A stretch of 64,000 nt of DNA from an uncultured Rhodopirellula sp. (GTDB taxonomy: Bacteria > Planctomycetota > Planctomycetia > Pirellulales > Pirellulaceae). Position 1 is the stretch's first letter, and each line of letters starts with the position of its first letter. This document shows, in pieces, positions 29,704 through 38,983 of the stretch. The position numbers and the translations under genes are program-made. The notes below the pieces were generated by a model. The model was given only the letters and a program-made list of their open reading frames with translations, was not told the origin of the DNA and did no database searches. Location of the stretch: NCBI GenBank assembly GCA_964007735.1, contig CAXGAI010000023.1, positions 1 to 64,000 on the forward strand, written 5' to 3'.

Positions 29704-29714
29704 CACAGCGACCG

Positions 29715-30953
29715 TTAGAAACTAATCCGCACTTTTTTGCGGTACAGATAGATACACGCCGCCGCGAAAATCAGGAACACGATGTTATAAAAAACGATCG
29801 GTTCCCACTGCAACCATTGATCGCCAAACATTGCTTCGAATAACGGTTCCAAGTGCTTATCAACCTCCGTCCTAAAAGCTACCCCGAATCCCCGTTCCAG
29901 TATGTAGAGCAAGACACTGCCTGCCCCCACGGCAATAACGGGATGACAAATCTTGCGACCGTATTTGCCGGCCACCACAATCGTCCCAAAGCTAAGTAAC
30001 AAGTAACCAAAACCGCAGGCCAACAAAATGTGGGGAGCAGACGCCAATCTGGGAACAGCAGGTAAACCGCCTAGCTGGAGCAGGATACTTAGACCTATAA
30101 AACCTAACGACAAACTACCCAACCGAAAGATGATGCGCGCCGTACTACCAACGCTGATATATATCATGCCCGCTGCAATTCCCAGGACATATAGCCCAGC
30201 ATAGGCAATTAAATTAATCTCACTGTAATTCGCATAGTCCGTTGTGAGTCCGCTACTACGAACAGACTTAGGGAGTATCTTACCGAAAGCCAGCGAAACC
30301 CGCTCCAATACGCCAGATTCATTACCCCATACAGAAGTGCTGGAAATATCATCTAAACCCTCGTTAGCTAGACCTTTGTCAACCGACGATTTGGCCTCGG
30401 CTTCCCCAAATCCATACTGAACTATCATCCAGTGTAAGCAGAGAAAAAGCAGACCAAGCGGAACGAAATACCTACATTTACGTATCGGCAAGAACAACCA
30501 CAGACGCCCAAAGAATGTTAGTATTCCAAGCCAGACTAGTAATGAGTTCCCAGGAATTAGGGTAGAACTGTTATTCAGCGACTCTAGGACAATGCCCGCG
30601 ATAATCAACCACAGGGCGATGCCAAAGCTCTTTAAAATCAGCACAACGTTCCGACTGCTGCTCCGGACGGTTTCTGTGCGAATAATTGCAAGGCTTCCGC
30701 TAAGCAAGATGACCATTTCCACAAAAAAGTCCCAGCTAGAAGGAACACGCGCCAGCACTGCCGTACCCGCATCTATTGAGACTTGATAACCGTCCCAGTT
30801 GCTGGAAGTAGTCTGAAAATGCCATGATGCTAATTCAGGTTTTACGGTGTGGTAATTTTGCGCCAACGGCTTTAGTCCGAAGGCATGCGAACAATAAACG
30901 CTAACCACCAAACCTAGAATAAAATAAATAGATAGTGATTTTTCGTCGTTCAT
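29715..30953 (-). CDS. Polytopic membrane protein, divergent DUF5009/HGSNAT-like acyltransferase family
   Basis: About 10 TM helices; W.G...SSWDF, PAVPRL.S, AVGAGSVLLY and C-terminal LYRKKVRISF pattern. Confidence 0.55.
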   Translation of the reverse strand: MNDEKSLSIYFILGLVVSVYCSHAFGLKPLAQNYHTVKPELASWHFQTTSSNWDGYQVSIDAGTAVLARVPSSWDFFVEMVILLSGSLAIIRTETVRSSSRNVVLILKSFGIALWLIIAGIVLESLNNSSTLIPGNSLLVWLGILTFFGRLWLFLPIRKCRYFVPLGLLFLCLHWMIVQYGFGEAEAKSSVDKGLANEGLDDISSTSVWGNESGVLERVSLAFGKILPKSVRSSGLTTDYANYSEINLIAYAGLYVLGIAAGMIYISVGSTARIIFRLGSLSLGFIGLSILLQLGGLPAVPRLASAPHILLACGFGYLLLSFGTIVVAGKYGRKICHPVIAVGAGSVLLYILERGFGVAFRTEVDKHLEPLFEAMFGDQWLQWEPIVFYNIVFLIFAAACIYLYRKKVRISF

Positions 30954-30965
30954 GGAAGCGATCCT

Positions 30966-32315
30966 CTAAATGCCAAAAGAAGAAAACTCGGGCGCCGTAT
31001 CCATTAACGCTTCAACCTCATCCAACTCCAAAGCTGCAGTTGCCGTTACGTTGATAAAACCGTCATCCGTAATGACAATTGTATCCTCAACGCGAATATA
31101 GACTTCTTCTTCCGGCACCCACATCTGAGGATCCAACGCAAAAACTAATCCCGGTTGCATCGGTTTGCCGAAATACTGGCCGCTATCATGGACTGCCATG
31201 CCGACGGTATGTGAGCAATGCCCCCCAAACTCCAAAACCTTTAACGCGGCTTGTTGATAGATCGGCTTAGACCAACACCATGTCTCAATGAGTGCCCGAC
31301 CTTTGCGACTGGCACGCTGATGCACTTCTTCCGGCGTAATGCCTGGCCCGATGATGCCGAGTAGTATTTTATGATATTCAACAATAAAGCCATAGAGTTC
31401 ACGCTGTATCTTTGAGTATTTGCCGTTGACCGGCCACATCCTGCCTATGTCGCTTGTGTAATAGTGTAAATCAGGTGCGTAGTCCATAATCACTAATTCA
31501 CCATCTCTCAACTTACAGTTATTTCGAAAATAGTGTGCATTCCAGATATTTTCTCCCTGCGCTATGATCGGCCTATATCCGGATCCCGATGCCCCGGCCG
31601 ATAAAAATACGCCATTGGCAACAGCGCCCAGCTGGTATTCATAGATCCCTGGTCTGGTCGCTTGCATCGACAGATTAACCGCTTCTGCTGTAGCAGCACC
31701 GGCTTCCACCATCCAATTAATCTCTTCTCTATCCTTGGTTAACCGCATCTGTCCCAAAAGGGCCCCGAGTCTCTCCCGGTCTATTGATTCACCGCCCAAC
31801 TGTTCAATCACCATTTCCTGACGAGTGACACTTTGATCAAACGGGTCTTCTTGTTGGCTGTGGAGAGCATGTCTTAGCGTGTCCTGACATGCCTGGCTGC
31901 CCTCTTGATATTGATTAGGGACAAAAACTTTCGACGCGGCCCGACAAACGTCTCTCAACGCCTCCCGAGGTTTGACAGCCTCAATTCCGGTCAGGTTCCG
32001 TATCAGCTCTTCATCAGTCAAACTCAACATCGGGCCTTCGCTTCGTTCGGTTCGTTCATCGCACCCTTCTAGAAAAAGCGTACTCCTTCCGCTACCACCA
32101 GCGATGACCAAATAGCTATGTGGAACCTCAGTGCCCGTAAGATAGTAAAAATCATTGAACTGTCGAAACAAATCAAACGCTCCGCTGGCGGCCGCCCCGG
32201 TTAAAACCGCGATTTCCCCTTGGACCATTGACTGACCTACCGAGCGTCGTCGAGATTCCAAAGCCTCACGGCTATAGGTTCCTCGATAAAATGGGTTCCT
32301 CTCTCGACTGTTCAT
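30966..32315 (-). CDS. Xaa-Pro aminopeptidase (M24B)
   Basis: FRQFNDFYYLTG, DYAPD..YTSDIGR, HTVGMAVHD, RVEDTIVIT. Confidence 0.9.
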   Translation of the reverse strand: MNSRERNPFYRGTYSREALESRRRSVGQSMVQGEIAVLTGAAASGAFDLFRQFNDFYYLTGTEVPHSYLVIAGGSGRSTLFLEGCDERTERSEGPMLSLTDEELIRNLTGIEAVKPREALRDVCRAASKVFVPNQYQEGSQACQDTLRHALHSQQEDPFDQSVTRQEMVIEQLGGESIDRERLGALLGQMRLTKDREEINWMVEAGAATAEAVNLSMQATRPGIYEYQLGAVANGVFLSAGASGSGYRPIIAQGENIWNAHYFRNNCKLRDGELVIMDYAPDLHYYTSDIGRMWPVNGKYSKIQRELYGFIVEYHKILLGIIGPGITPEEVHQRASRKGRALIETWCWSKPIYQQAALKVLEFGGHCSHTVGMAVHDSGQYFGKPMQPGLVFALDPQMWVPEEEVYIRVEDTIVITDDGFINVTATAALELDEVEALMDTAPEFSSFGI

Positions 32316-32433
32316 CGTACCTCCAGGCCTTCATTAAGACCGCACTCTGTTTTTTATGAATAATCATCTTAAAATGATATAAGAACGTAAAATCACATTC
32401 AATAAATAGCAAGTATTAGGATCCACAAATATC

Positions 32434-33054
32434 ATGTGGTTTATCAAAGATCATTTAGGCAAAGAGTCGGGACCCTATGAATTTGATGATTTGTTAAACG
32501 TTCTATCTACCACGCCCTATAAAGAAAATGCTACCTTGGTCCGAAGCGGTCGCCACGAAGGCTGGAAACCTGCGTTAATCGTATTCCCTGAAATATATTC
32601 AGAGCCAGAACGACACGATGTTTCAGCTCTTCAGCAGCCAGTCGTTGATCAACCCACGTCGCCTGTTCGTGAAGAATCAAAGATTATCACCACGCCGGCC
32701 TGGTCTAGCTCGTCTACGAAGTGCATCACTATCGAGTTAAATCGAATTCGTGTGGTTTTACCAATCTGCACCCTCTCCATATCACTTTTAGTCACCGCGC
32801 TATTCACAAAACTAAAGGCTATGATGCTTAGCGGCAACGAGGCTGCCCTATCGCTCACAAACTTCTGGTTCATCTGCATCATCTTTTTTATGCCGGCACT
32901 TACAATCCTCTTGAAAATATGCAGCTACCGGACGCAAGCAACAGCAGAATCGATACAGTACAGTCTCTCTTTATATCGCAGATTATTTTCCACAATATGC
33001 ATCGCTGCGGTGCTGTGCATGGGGTTTATTCTGATCGTGACGGTAAGAACCTAA
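32434..33054 (+). CDS. GYF_2/DUF4339-domain membrane protein
   Basis: WF....GKESGPY...TLV..G..GWKPA..VFPE followed by 3 TM helices. Confidence 0.75.
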   Translation: MWFIKDHLGKESGPYEFDDLLNVLSTTPYKENATLVRSGRHEGWKPALIVFPEIYSEPERHDVSALQQPVVDQPTSPVREESKIITTPAWSSSSTKCITIELNRIRVVLPICTLSISLLVTALFTKLKAMMLSGNEAALSLTNFWFICIIFFMPALTILLKICSYRTQATAESIQYSLSLYRRLFSTICIAAVLCMGFILIVTVRT

Positions 33055-33150
33055 TCACTATTCACTAGTGCCCTCCAACATAGTTTTTATTTATAATGAC
33101 AACGGCATTTATTTCACACTGGTTCATAAACAAGCAGTAATTTCAACATC

Positions 33151-36100
33151 ATGAAATACCTTTCTCTATTTATCTTAATCTTACTACCGCTATGCTCAGA
33201 ACTTCACAGTGCTGAAAAACTTATTACGTCGAAGGCCGGGGCGGTGACAAAAGTCGCTCCGCTTTCTGAGGAATTCCGTTTTAAGACTGGCGAGGCATTC
33301 GAAACCACCGTCCGTCTTTCGAGTCCTTCCGAACTTTTCCCTAATGCTCGGATCTCGGTTATTTTTGAGCTGGTTACTGCCGATACCGAGGCAATGGCGC
33401 CCCGTGGCCAGGACGTAGGCGTTACAACTACCAGGAAACCTGATGCTTACGGTATCTATACCGATCCGACTGCGGACTGGTCTAAAGTACTTCACTCGCA
33501 TGACCCTGATGTCTATGTCAATTATCGAGTGCCAGTCGACGGACTCTATCGTTTAACTATCAAGGCTGAGGAGGGAGAGTTGGCGAGGAACAGTACCACC
33601 CGCTGGCGCGAACCCGGTAACATCCGAAAAACAGATGGCCCCCCGGCCACCGTCCCTTGGCCCGAAAACGCATCTATTCCGGTTTCTTATCAACTGATAA
33701 CACTTCCCGTCCGCTATGAACTGGGTTCGGGAACCGGAATTGAACTGGAGCCTAACGACACGCCGGAATTAGCTCAACCGATCATGCTCAGGGAAGACGG
33801 CGCTGATCATACTTTTTCAATTTTAGGCAGCGCGGATGACATCGAGTATTTCGACAATGGCGATTTCGGACGTAGTGGTGATGACTGGTATCGCATTGAT
33901 TTTAATGGCATGGTGTCCCGTTTGTTAACAGTTTGCCTTTCTATTCCTGACCAACAGGTTGCCGCACAAATACGCGCTTATCGTGTCAAACCGGAAGACG
34001 CTACTCAAGGACTAGCCGAATACGTACCCGGAAGACTAATACCGATCGAGGAGTACACAGTTGGCAAAAATGAGAACGAGCGCAATCACCAACAAACAGA
34101 ACAGCATAGAATCGCGATTAATCGAACACTCAATCCAGGAGAAACTTACTTTTTACGTGTCGAAGCAAATTCTCCCGCCTATGACCTCGAGGTTCGCTGT
34201 ATCCAACCCGCTCCTTATAAAGATCCGCGAAGGGCCATTCGGCACGGACTGTATGACCACATTGGACAGGTGGATGCGTGGCTGACAAATCGCCCCCGAG
34301 GCGCCAGCGTTGATCGCCGAATACGGGACACCGGAAATCTGCTCGGCACCAATTGCATGAGTTGCCACACGCAATCAGGAGTTTGGGGTCCGGCAGTCCC
34401 CTTTGAAAATGGATATCACCCTCAAAACGTCCAGTTATGGCGTCACCTGATTAATACGTGCTATCAATCCCTTCGACCGACCAACGTCCTCAAAGATGCC
34501 GCCAATAACACAAGTCTCGCTCCGCTCGACCTCGGCGATGGACCGGCTGGCACTCGAGTTGCCGGCCACGCTCTTGTCGCGTTGGAACGAGTAATGCCAC
34601 CCCGGCAATTACAGAGCAAGCAACAATTACGTACGGCGAATTTTATTCTGCAGTCCGCCGACCCCGGCGGGATCAATGCCGCCGGTCCTGGCGCCAATGT
34701 CGGACAGGGAGTCGTTTATAACTATACTGGCGAAATTCTTGCCAATGCTTGGGCTAAACAAAAGGAACTCCGATTTTTCCGCGCACTTGAAGAAAAGGCA
34801 ACTAAGATGCTCGGAATTAACGTTAAATACGCTGATGATCTAGGTCATCGGATCGAATTTTACCAGCGTTATTTCCCAGCCGATTATTTGGCACAGGCGA
34901 CTGAGATAGCTAACCGCGAAAAGGATACGGTGCAGCGTGATGAACTGATTGACAAGGCAAAACAACTGCAGGCAAAGATAGATGAGCAGGTAAAGACTGA
35001 TCTTGAACGACTTTTCCAAACGCAATTAGATGACGGCGGTTGGGGTTTCAACCCTGGTGCGCTTAAGGATGGGAAATGGGTTACTCCCGACGGTACAACC
35101 TCCGATCCTAGCCCTACTTCTACCTCCCTGCTAGCGTTTCATGCAATTGGTTTGCCCGCCAATCATCCCGTTGTGAAAGCCACGATTGACAACTTGCTGC
35201 GTAATCAGAAACCAACTGGCATGTGGAAAATTGCCTCGAAAACCGGATTCGTCTCAACAAGCTACGCTTTAAACGCGCTGTCCCGGTATTTCCCGGAGGA
35301 TGAAAAGGCCACCGATGCTAATGATTATAAACTGTCAGAAGATAGCTCCGTTGAGGAAATTGTAACAACACTGCGTCGGATTTACGTCAACGCCTCTTCC
35401 GAGACAGCTAAAGTGGCGTCCCAATACACAACACATTCACTTGCGATCGTACGCTACTACGCCACCCTGTCATTAGGGGCCGTACATGATGTCACTTATG
35501 TGGAAACCCTAATCCACTTGCTCGCAGATCGCTCAAAGCAGGTACGTGAGGCCGCGCACTGGGCGATGCGTCAAACCCTGATCGATGATCACGGATGGGA
35601 TGCGATTTTCACCGCCGCGCGAGAAGGCGATGATTTTACCCGAGAATCGGCAATCCGAGCGCTTGTAATGCTCGTCGACAGTGAAATGCCGGCCTCGTCC
35701 ATCGATCACACCCTTCTGACTGCGACCCTCGACACCGCTCTTAATGATGATCCCCATCCGGCGGTCCGCTCCTGGGCCACGCGCAGTGCCTGGCAATGGT
35801 GGGTTTGGAATCCTGTAACGAGGGATGCAATTAATCAATCCTGGATCAAACTACTAAGTCGGCCCGAGCCCGAGGCGTTAACCGAGCTGGCGATGCGGTA
35901 CCAAAGTCATGCGTTATTTGTCGTTAACGGCCATATCGCCAACGGATCCCGAGAGCATCAGTATAAAGCCCTAGCCAACCTTTTCGTAGAGTTGCGTGGG
36001 CTACGGACGGAATTAAAGGACACCGACCCGGATACCTTCTCTCGCTTGACGGAACGACTCGTAGCTATTGCCTCCACCTTTCATAAACAACGAGGTGGTG

Positions 36101-37527
36101 ATGGTGGACCTGGTCAACTAGGGTATACCACCACTTTTGCGGATGACTTGTTTGGCAATGCGGTCATCGATCGACTGGCCTCAATACAGACCGAGACCCC
36201 TGGAGATTACGGCCCAAGTTTCCTATCCACCATTGAAGGATCCGCAAACATTCCCAACGAGAATTTGCAGGAAATACTGGTCGATCTTACTATCAATGGC
36301 CCGGAACACATCCGGCCTTTGGCATCTGAGTCCATAAGTGACCCGCGTTTAGTTTCACTTATTGCGGTACCTGAACAATTGGAACCGATGCTTGCACAAC
36401 TGTGGCGTGGCGCAATGGACCCGCCCCGCCGTAAGGAACTATCTGAACCCATCCTGAAAATGTTTGCGAAGGTCCGGTGGATCATTCCCCAGAGTGAGGA
36501 ACAGAAAGACGAGATACTCCATTACCTCATTCCAGATCTCAATGGTTATCTCACTGACACTCAGTTGGAAACCATTACGGATGACGCGGAGAAAGCGGAA
36601 GCGATCAAGCTTCGCGATGCCGCTTGGTATGTAGCGGACCGGCTCGGACAAGCCGTTGCTGAAAACCCTGATCTGCACTTCGATAATCTCGTCAATGCAT
36701 TTCCACAAGACATTGAAAACGATGGACATGCTCGCTATTGGATGCAGAGCGTACCTTGGATTCTGGAATACAAAACCAAATTACCAGAGGTCGTCAAAGA
36801 CCCAAAGGCTCTACCTCCTATCGATCCCTATGAAGAGCTTCGTACACGTGCACTGACGGTTTTTCTTCAGCAGTTGTCTAACAGTGCCGACAGCCGAACT
36901 CGCAAGCTTGCAGTGGACCTGGCAAATCAGACCTCTATGAAACGAAATCCTGAAATCCTTGTGGCACTTGAAGCATTGCGAGCATTCGAAACCGACAAAC
37001 AAGTTTTGGAAAACGCGAACAAGGTACTCTCACAAAGTCAGGGAGCCTTTCAAAAGTCCCTCCTAGCCGCGGTTGCCAAAGAGCCTGACCACGGCTTTGA
37101 AGTGGAAAACGGTGTAGTTCGTGTTCCGGATGACTTCTTTAATGATATTGTTTACTTCCGCGATTATGTCATGCCTGAAATGACCAAAGTCCTTCGTGGT
37201 GACGAGCGTTCCTGTATGATATGCCATGGCGAACCAGGCCGGGTCCCCTCACTTGAATTATATCCGCCCGACCAGGTGGGCTTTCTATCCGTTGATCAAT
37301 TACTGATCAATTACAGAATCTTGCAACATCGGGTAAGTATCGACGACATCATGAATTCAAAACTTATCCGGAAACCGCTTAACGTCCAGACTGGCAAGGA
37401 GGATGGACATCAGGGTGGACGCCGCTATCAGACCAATGATTCAGGGTATCTTATTCTGAAGAAATGGGTTGAAAACCAGGTCAACATCCAGGGGACTTAC
37501 GGCCTACCCGAGCGAAATAAAAAATAA
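33151..37527 (+). CDS. Large secreted multidomain protein (PPC-like domain, CxxCH, QW-like motifs, HEAT-like repeats, C-terminal cytochrome c-like domain)
   Basis: Signal peptide; ELEPND..DDWY; CMSCH; QLDDGGW, QKPTGMW; VREAAHWA and similar helices; CMICH...LIRKPL..HQGG..LKKWV. Confidence 0.8.
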   Translation: MKYLSLFILILLPLCSELHSAEKLITSKAGAVTKVAPLSEEFRFKTGEAFETTVRLSSPSELFPNARISVIFELVTADTEAMAPRGQDVGVTTTRKPDAYGIYTDPTADWSKVLHSHDPDVYVNYRVPVDGLYRLTIKAEEGELARNSTTRWREPGNIRKTDGPPATVPWPENASIPVSYQLITLPVRYELGSGTGIELEPNDTPELAQPIMLREDGADHTFSILGSADDIEYFDNGDFGRSGDDWYRIDFNGMVSRLLTVCLSIPDQQVAAQIRAYRVKPEDATQGLAEYVPGRLIPIEEYTVGKNENERNHQQTEQHRIAINRTLNPGETYFLRVEANSPAYDLEVRCIQPAPYKDPRRAIRHGLYDHIGQVDAWLTNRPRGASVDRRIRDTGNLLGTNCMSCHTQSGVWGPAVPFENGYHPQNVQLWRHLINTCYQSLRPTNVLKDAANNTSLAPLDLGDGPAGTRVAGHALVALERVMPPRQLQSKQQLRTANFILQSADPGGINAAGPGANVGQGVVYNYTGEILANAWAKQKELRFFRALEEKATKMLGINVKYADDLGHRIEFYQRYFPADYLAQATEIANREKDTVQRDELIDKAKQLQAKIDEQVKTDLERLFQTQLDDGGWGFNPGALKDGKWVTPDGTTSDPSPTSTSLLAFHAIGLPANHPVVKATIDNLLRNQKPTGMWKIASKTGFVSTSYALNALSRYFPEDEKATDANDYKLSEDSSVEEIVTTLRRIYVNASSETAKVASQYTTHSLAIVRYYATLSLGAVHDVTYVETLIHLLADRSKQVREAAHWAMRQTLIDDHGWDAIFTAAREGDDFTRESAIRALVMLVDSEMPASSIDHTLLTATLDTALNDDPHPAVRSWATRSAWQWWVWNPVTRDAINQSWIKLLSRPEPEALTELAMRYQSHALFVVNGHIANGSREHQYKALANLFVELRGLRTELKDTDPDTFSRLTERLVAIASTFHKQRGGDGGPGQLGYTTTFADDLFGNAVIDRLASIQTETPGDYGPSFLSTIEGSANIPNENLQEILVDLTINGPEHIRPLASESISDPRLVSLIAVPEQLEPMLAQLWRGAMDPPRRKELSEPILKMFAKVRWIIPQSEEQKDEILHYLIPDLNGYLTDTQLETITDDAEKAEAIKLRDAAWYVADRLGQAVAENPDLHFDNLVNAFPQDIENDGHARYWMQSVPWILEYKTKLPEVVKDPKALPPIDPYEELRTRALTVFLQQLSNSADSRTRKLAVDLANQTSMKRNPEILVALEALRAFETDKQVLENANKVLSQSQGAFQKSLLAAVAKEPDHGFEVENGVVRVPDDFFNDIVYFRDYVMPEMTKVLRGDERSCMICHGEPGRVPSLELYPPDQVGFLSVDQLLINYRILQHRVSIDDIMNSKLIRKPLNVQTGKEDGHQGGRRYQTNDSGYLILKKWVENQVNIQGTYGLPERNKK

Positions 37528-37566
37528 TCCTTCGTTCGGTACGGTCGCCCATACCGAACACGGGAT
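37527..37566. terminator. Hairpin between convergent genes, possibly a bidirectional terminator
   Basis: GTTCGGTA (37534-41) pairs with TACCGAAC (37552-59), flanked by ATCC/GGAT. Confidence 0.55.
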
Positions 37567-37600
37567 AGGCCTTTACTTGTCTTGTTAACGCTGTTCCCTA

Positions 37601-38884
37601 CTATTTCATTTTGAAATGGCGTTTCGCAAATCTGATATATTGCTCCCAATCATAGGCCGTGGCGTCATGCCCACCTGTGCGAATATGATAACCAATGTAA
37701 TCACCAGTGGGCGTGTTAACCCCAGGCTGTTTTTTTACAATTGTTCCCATTTTGCCGAATAAGGCATAAACATTATTTGCCTCCAGCCCACTCAAAAACT
37801 CCCCCTTTGGATCGGCCCAAACATCCTTTACGGCACTAGCAATATAGACCGGACGAGGTGCCATCAAGGCAATCAGCATGTGCTGGTCCACTGGCATTTC
37901 GTGTTCCCGATCATTGTACTTATTGAAATTATCACAGAACCAATGTGGAAACACTGTATTTATCCTCTTCACGGTCTCGCCAAACACGCGCCGACTCAAT
38001 GCTGCACCGCCACAGCCGGAATCTGTCGAAATTACAATCGCAAAGCGTTCATCTTCAGCACCCGCCCATAATGACGTCTTACCTAGGCGCGATAAACCGG
38101 TCAATGCCACGCGATCATGATCAATCTGATCATCCTTCTCAAAGTAATCCATCATCTTACTAAGGCCCCATGACCAACTAGCTATCGCTCCCCAGTCGCC
38201 ACCTTGTAATTTTTTACTTGATGCAAAGATCGAATGAATACCGTTTTCCCAGTCATCATCGAAGTCCGGGTCAATATCGCCGTAATAAGCGGTCGCTAAA
38301 CCGAACCCGTTCTCAATTAACATTTCCACCTGCCAACGACCAGCGTTTTTGCCCCTACCAGCTTCACTCGCTCGATGATTTGTTTGACCAATTCGCTGGT
38401 CATTACGTACCCATTTTTGGTGGACCGCTACCTTATCGTCATTTGTGACTGTATGGTTGCCATGAAAATTAAGGCCCGCAAAGATCGGGACCACAGAATT
38501 CGCTTGCAGTTTGGCTTTAGGCAAATAGACCAATACATCGATAAAGGGTTCTTCTCCCTCATTTTTCAAATAGAGCCGAACTTGTCGTCGAAGGGCTTTT
38601 CCATTTAATGCATCAGCTGATTCTTCCAGAATGATGCTCTTTACAGTCACTGCAACATCTCGGGGGACTCTTCCGTAAACGTTTTCGCGGAATAACTCCA
38701 GTATTTCGTTTCGCCTAATTTCACCCCATTGTTCCACCGTTTCAACCCTGGTTCCATCAAGCAATGTCAGCACGGCCGGCAAACAGTAATCCGGAACACC
38801 CGACTCCTCATAGTTGAACCCAGCTGGCTGGCCTTGCGCCACTGAAACGCTGCTCAATATCAAAACAAACAATATTTTCTTCAT
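37601..38884 (-). CDS. CE15-type carbohydrate esterase (glucuronoyl esterase-like)
   Basis: WGAIASWSWG, GLSRLGK nucleophile motif, SGCGGA, PVDQHMLIAL.APRP, WADPKGE; signal peptide from ATG 38884. Confidence 0.88.
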   Translation of the reverse strand: MKKILFVLILSSVSVAQGQPAGFNYEESGVPDYCLPAVLTLLDGTRVETVEQWGEIRRNEILELFRENVYGRVPRDVAVTVKSIILEESADALNGKALRRQVRLYLKNEGEEPFIDVLVYLPKAKLQANSVVPIFAGLNFHGNHTVTNDDKVAVHQKWVRNDQRIGQTNHRASEAGRGKNAGRWQVEMLIENGFGLATAYYGDIDPDFDDDWENGIHSIFASSKKLQGGDWGAIASWSWGLSKMMDYFEKDDQIDHDRVALTGLSRLGKTSLWAGAEDERFAIVISTDSGCGGAALSRRVFGETVKRINTVFPHWFCDNFNKYNDREHEMPVDQHMLIALMAPRPVYIASAVKDVWADPKGEFLSGLEANNVYALFGKMGTIVKKQPGVNTPTGDYIGYHIRTGGHDATAYDWEQYIRFAKRHFKMK

Positions 38885-38983
38885 GTTGCTTTTTACCCGA
38901 TAAGTAAATATCAATATTCCTTAATCCTGATCATTTTAATACTATTCGTTGTGGTAATCCATCGAACTTAAGGATCGGAAGTC

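Noticed and set aside
38918..38974. Inverted repeat TCCTTAA/TTAAGGA between the CE15 and kinase genes
   Set aside because: Short, widely spaced and explainable by purine-rich leaders of two divergent genes.
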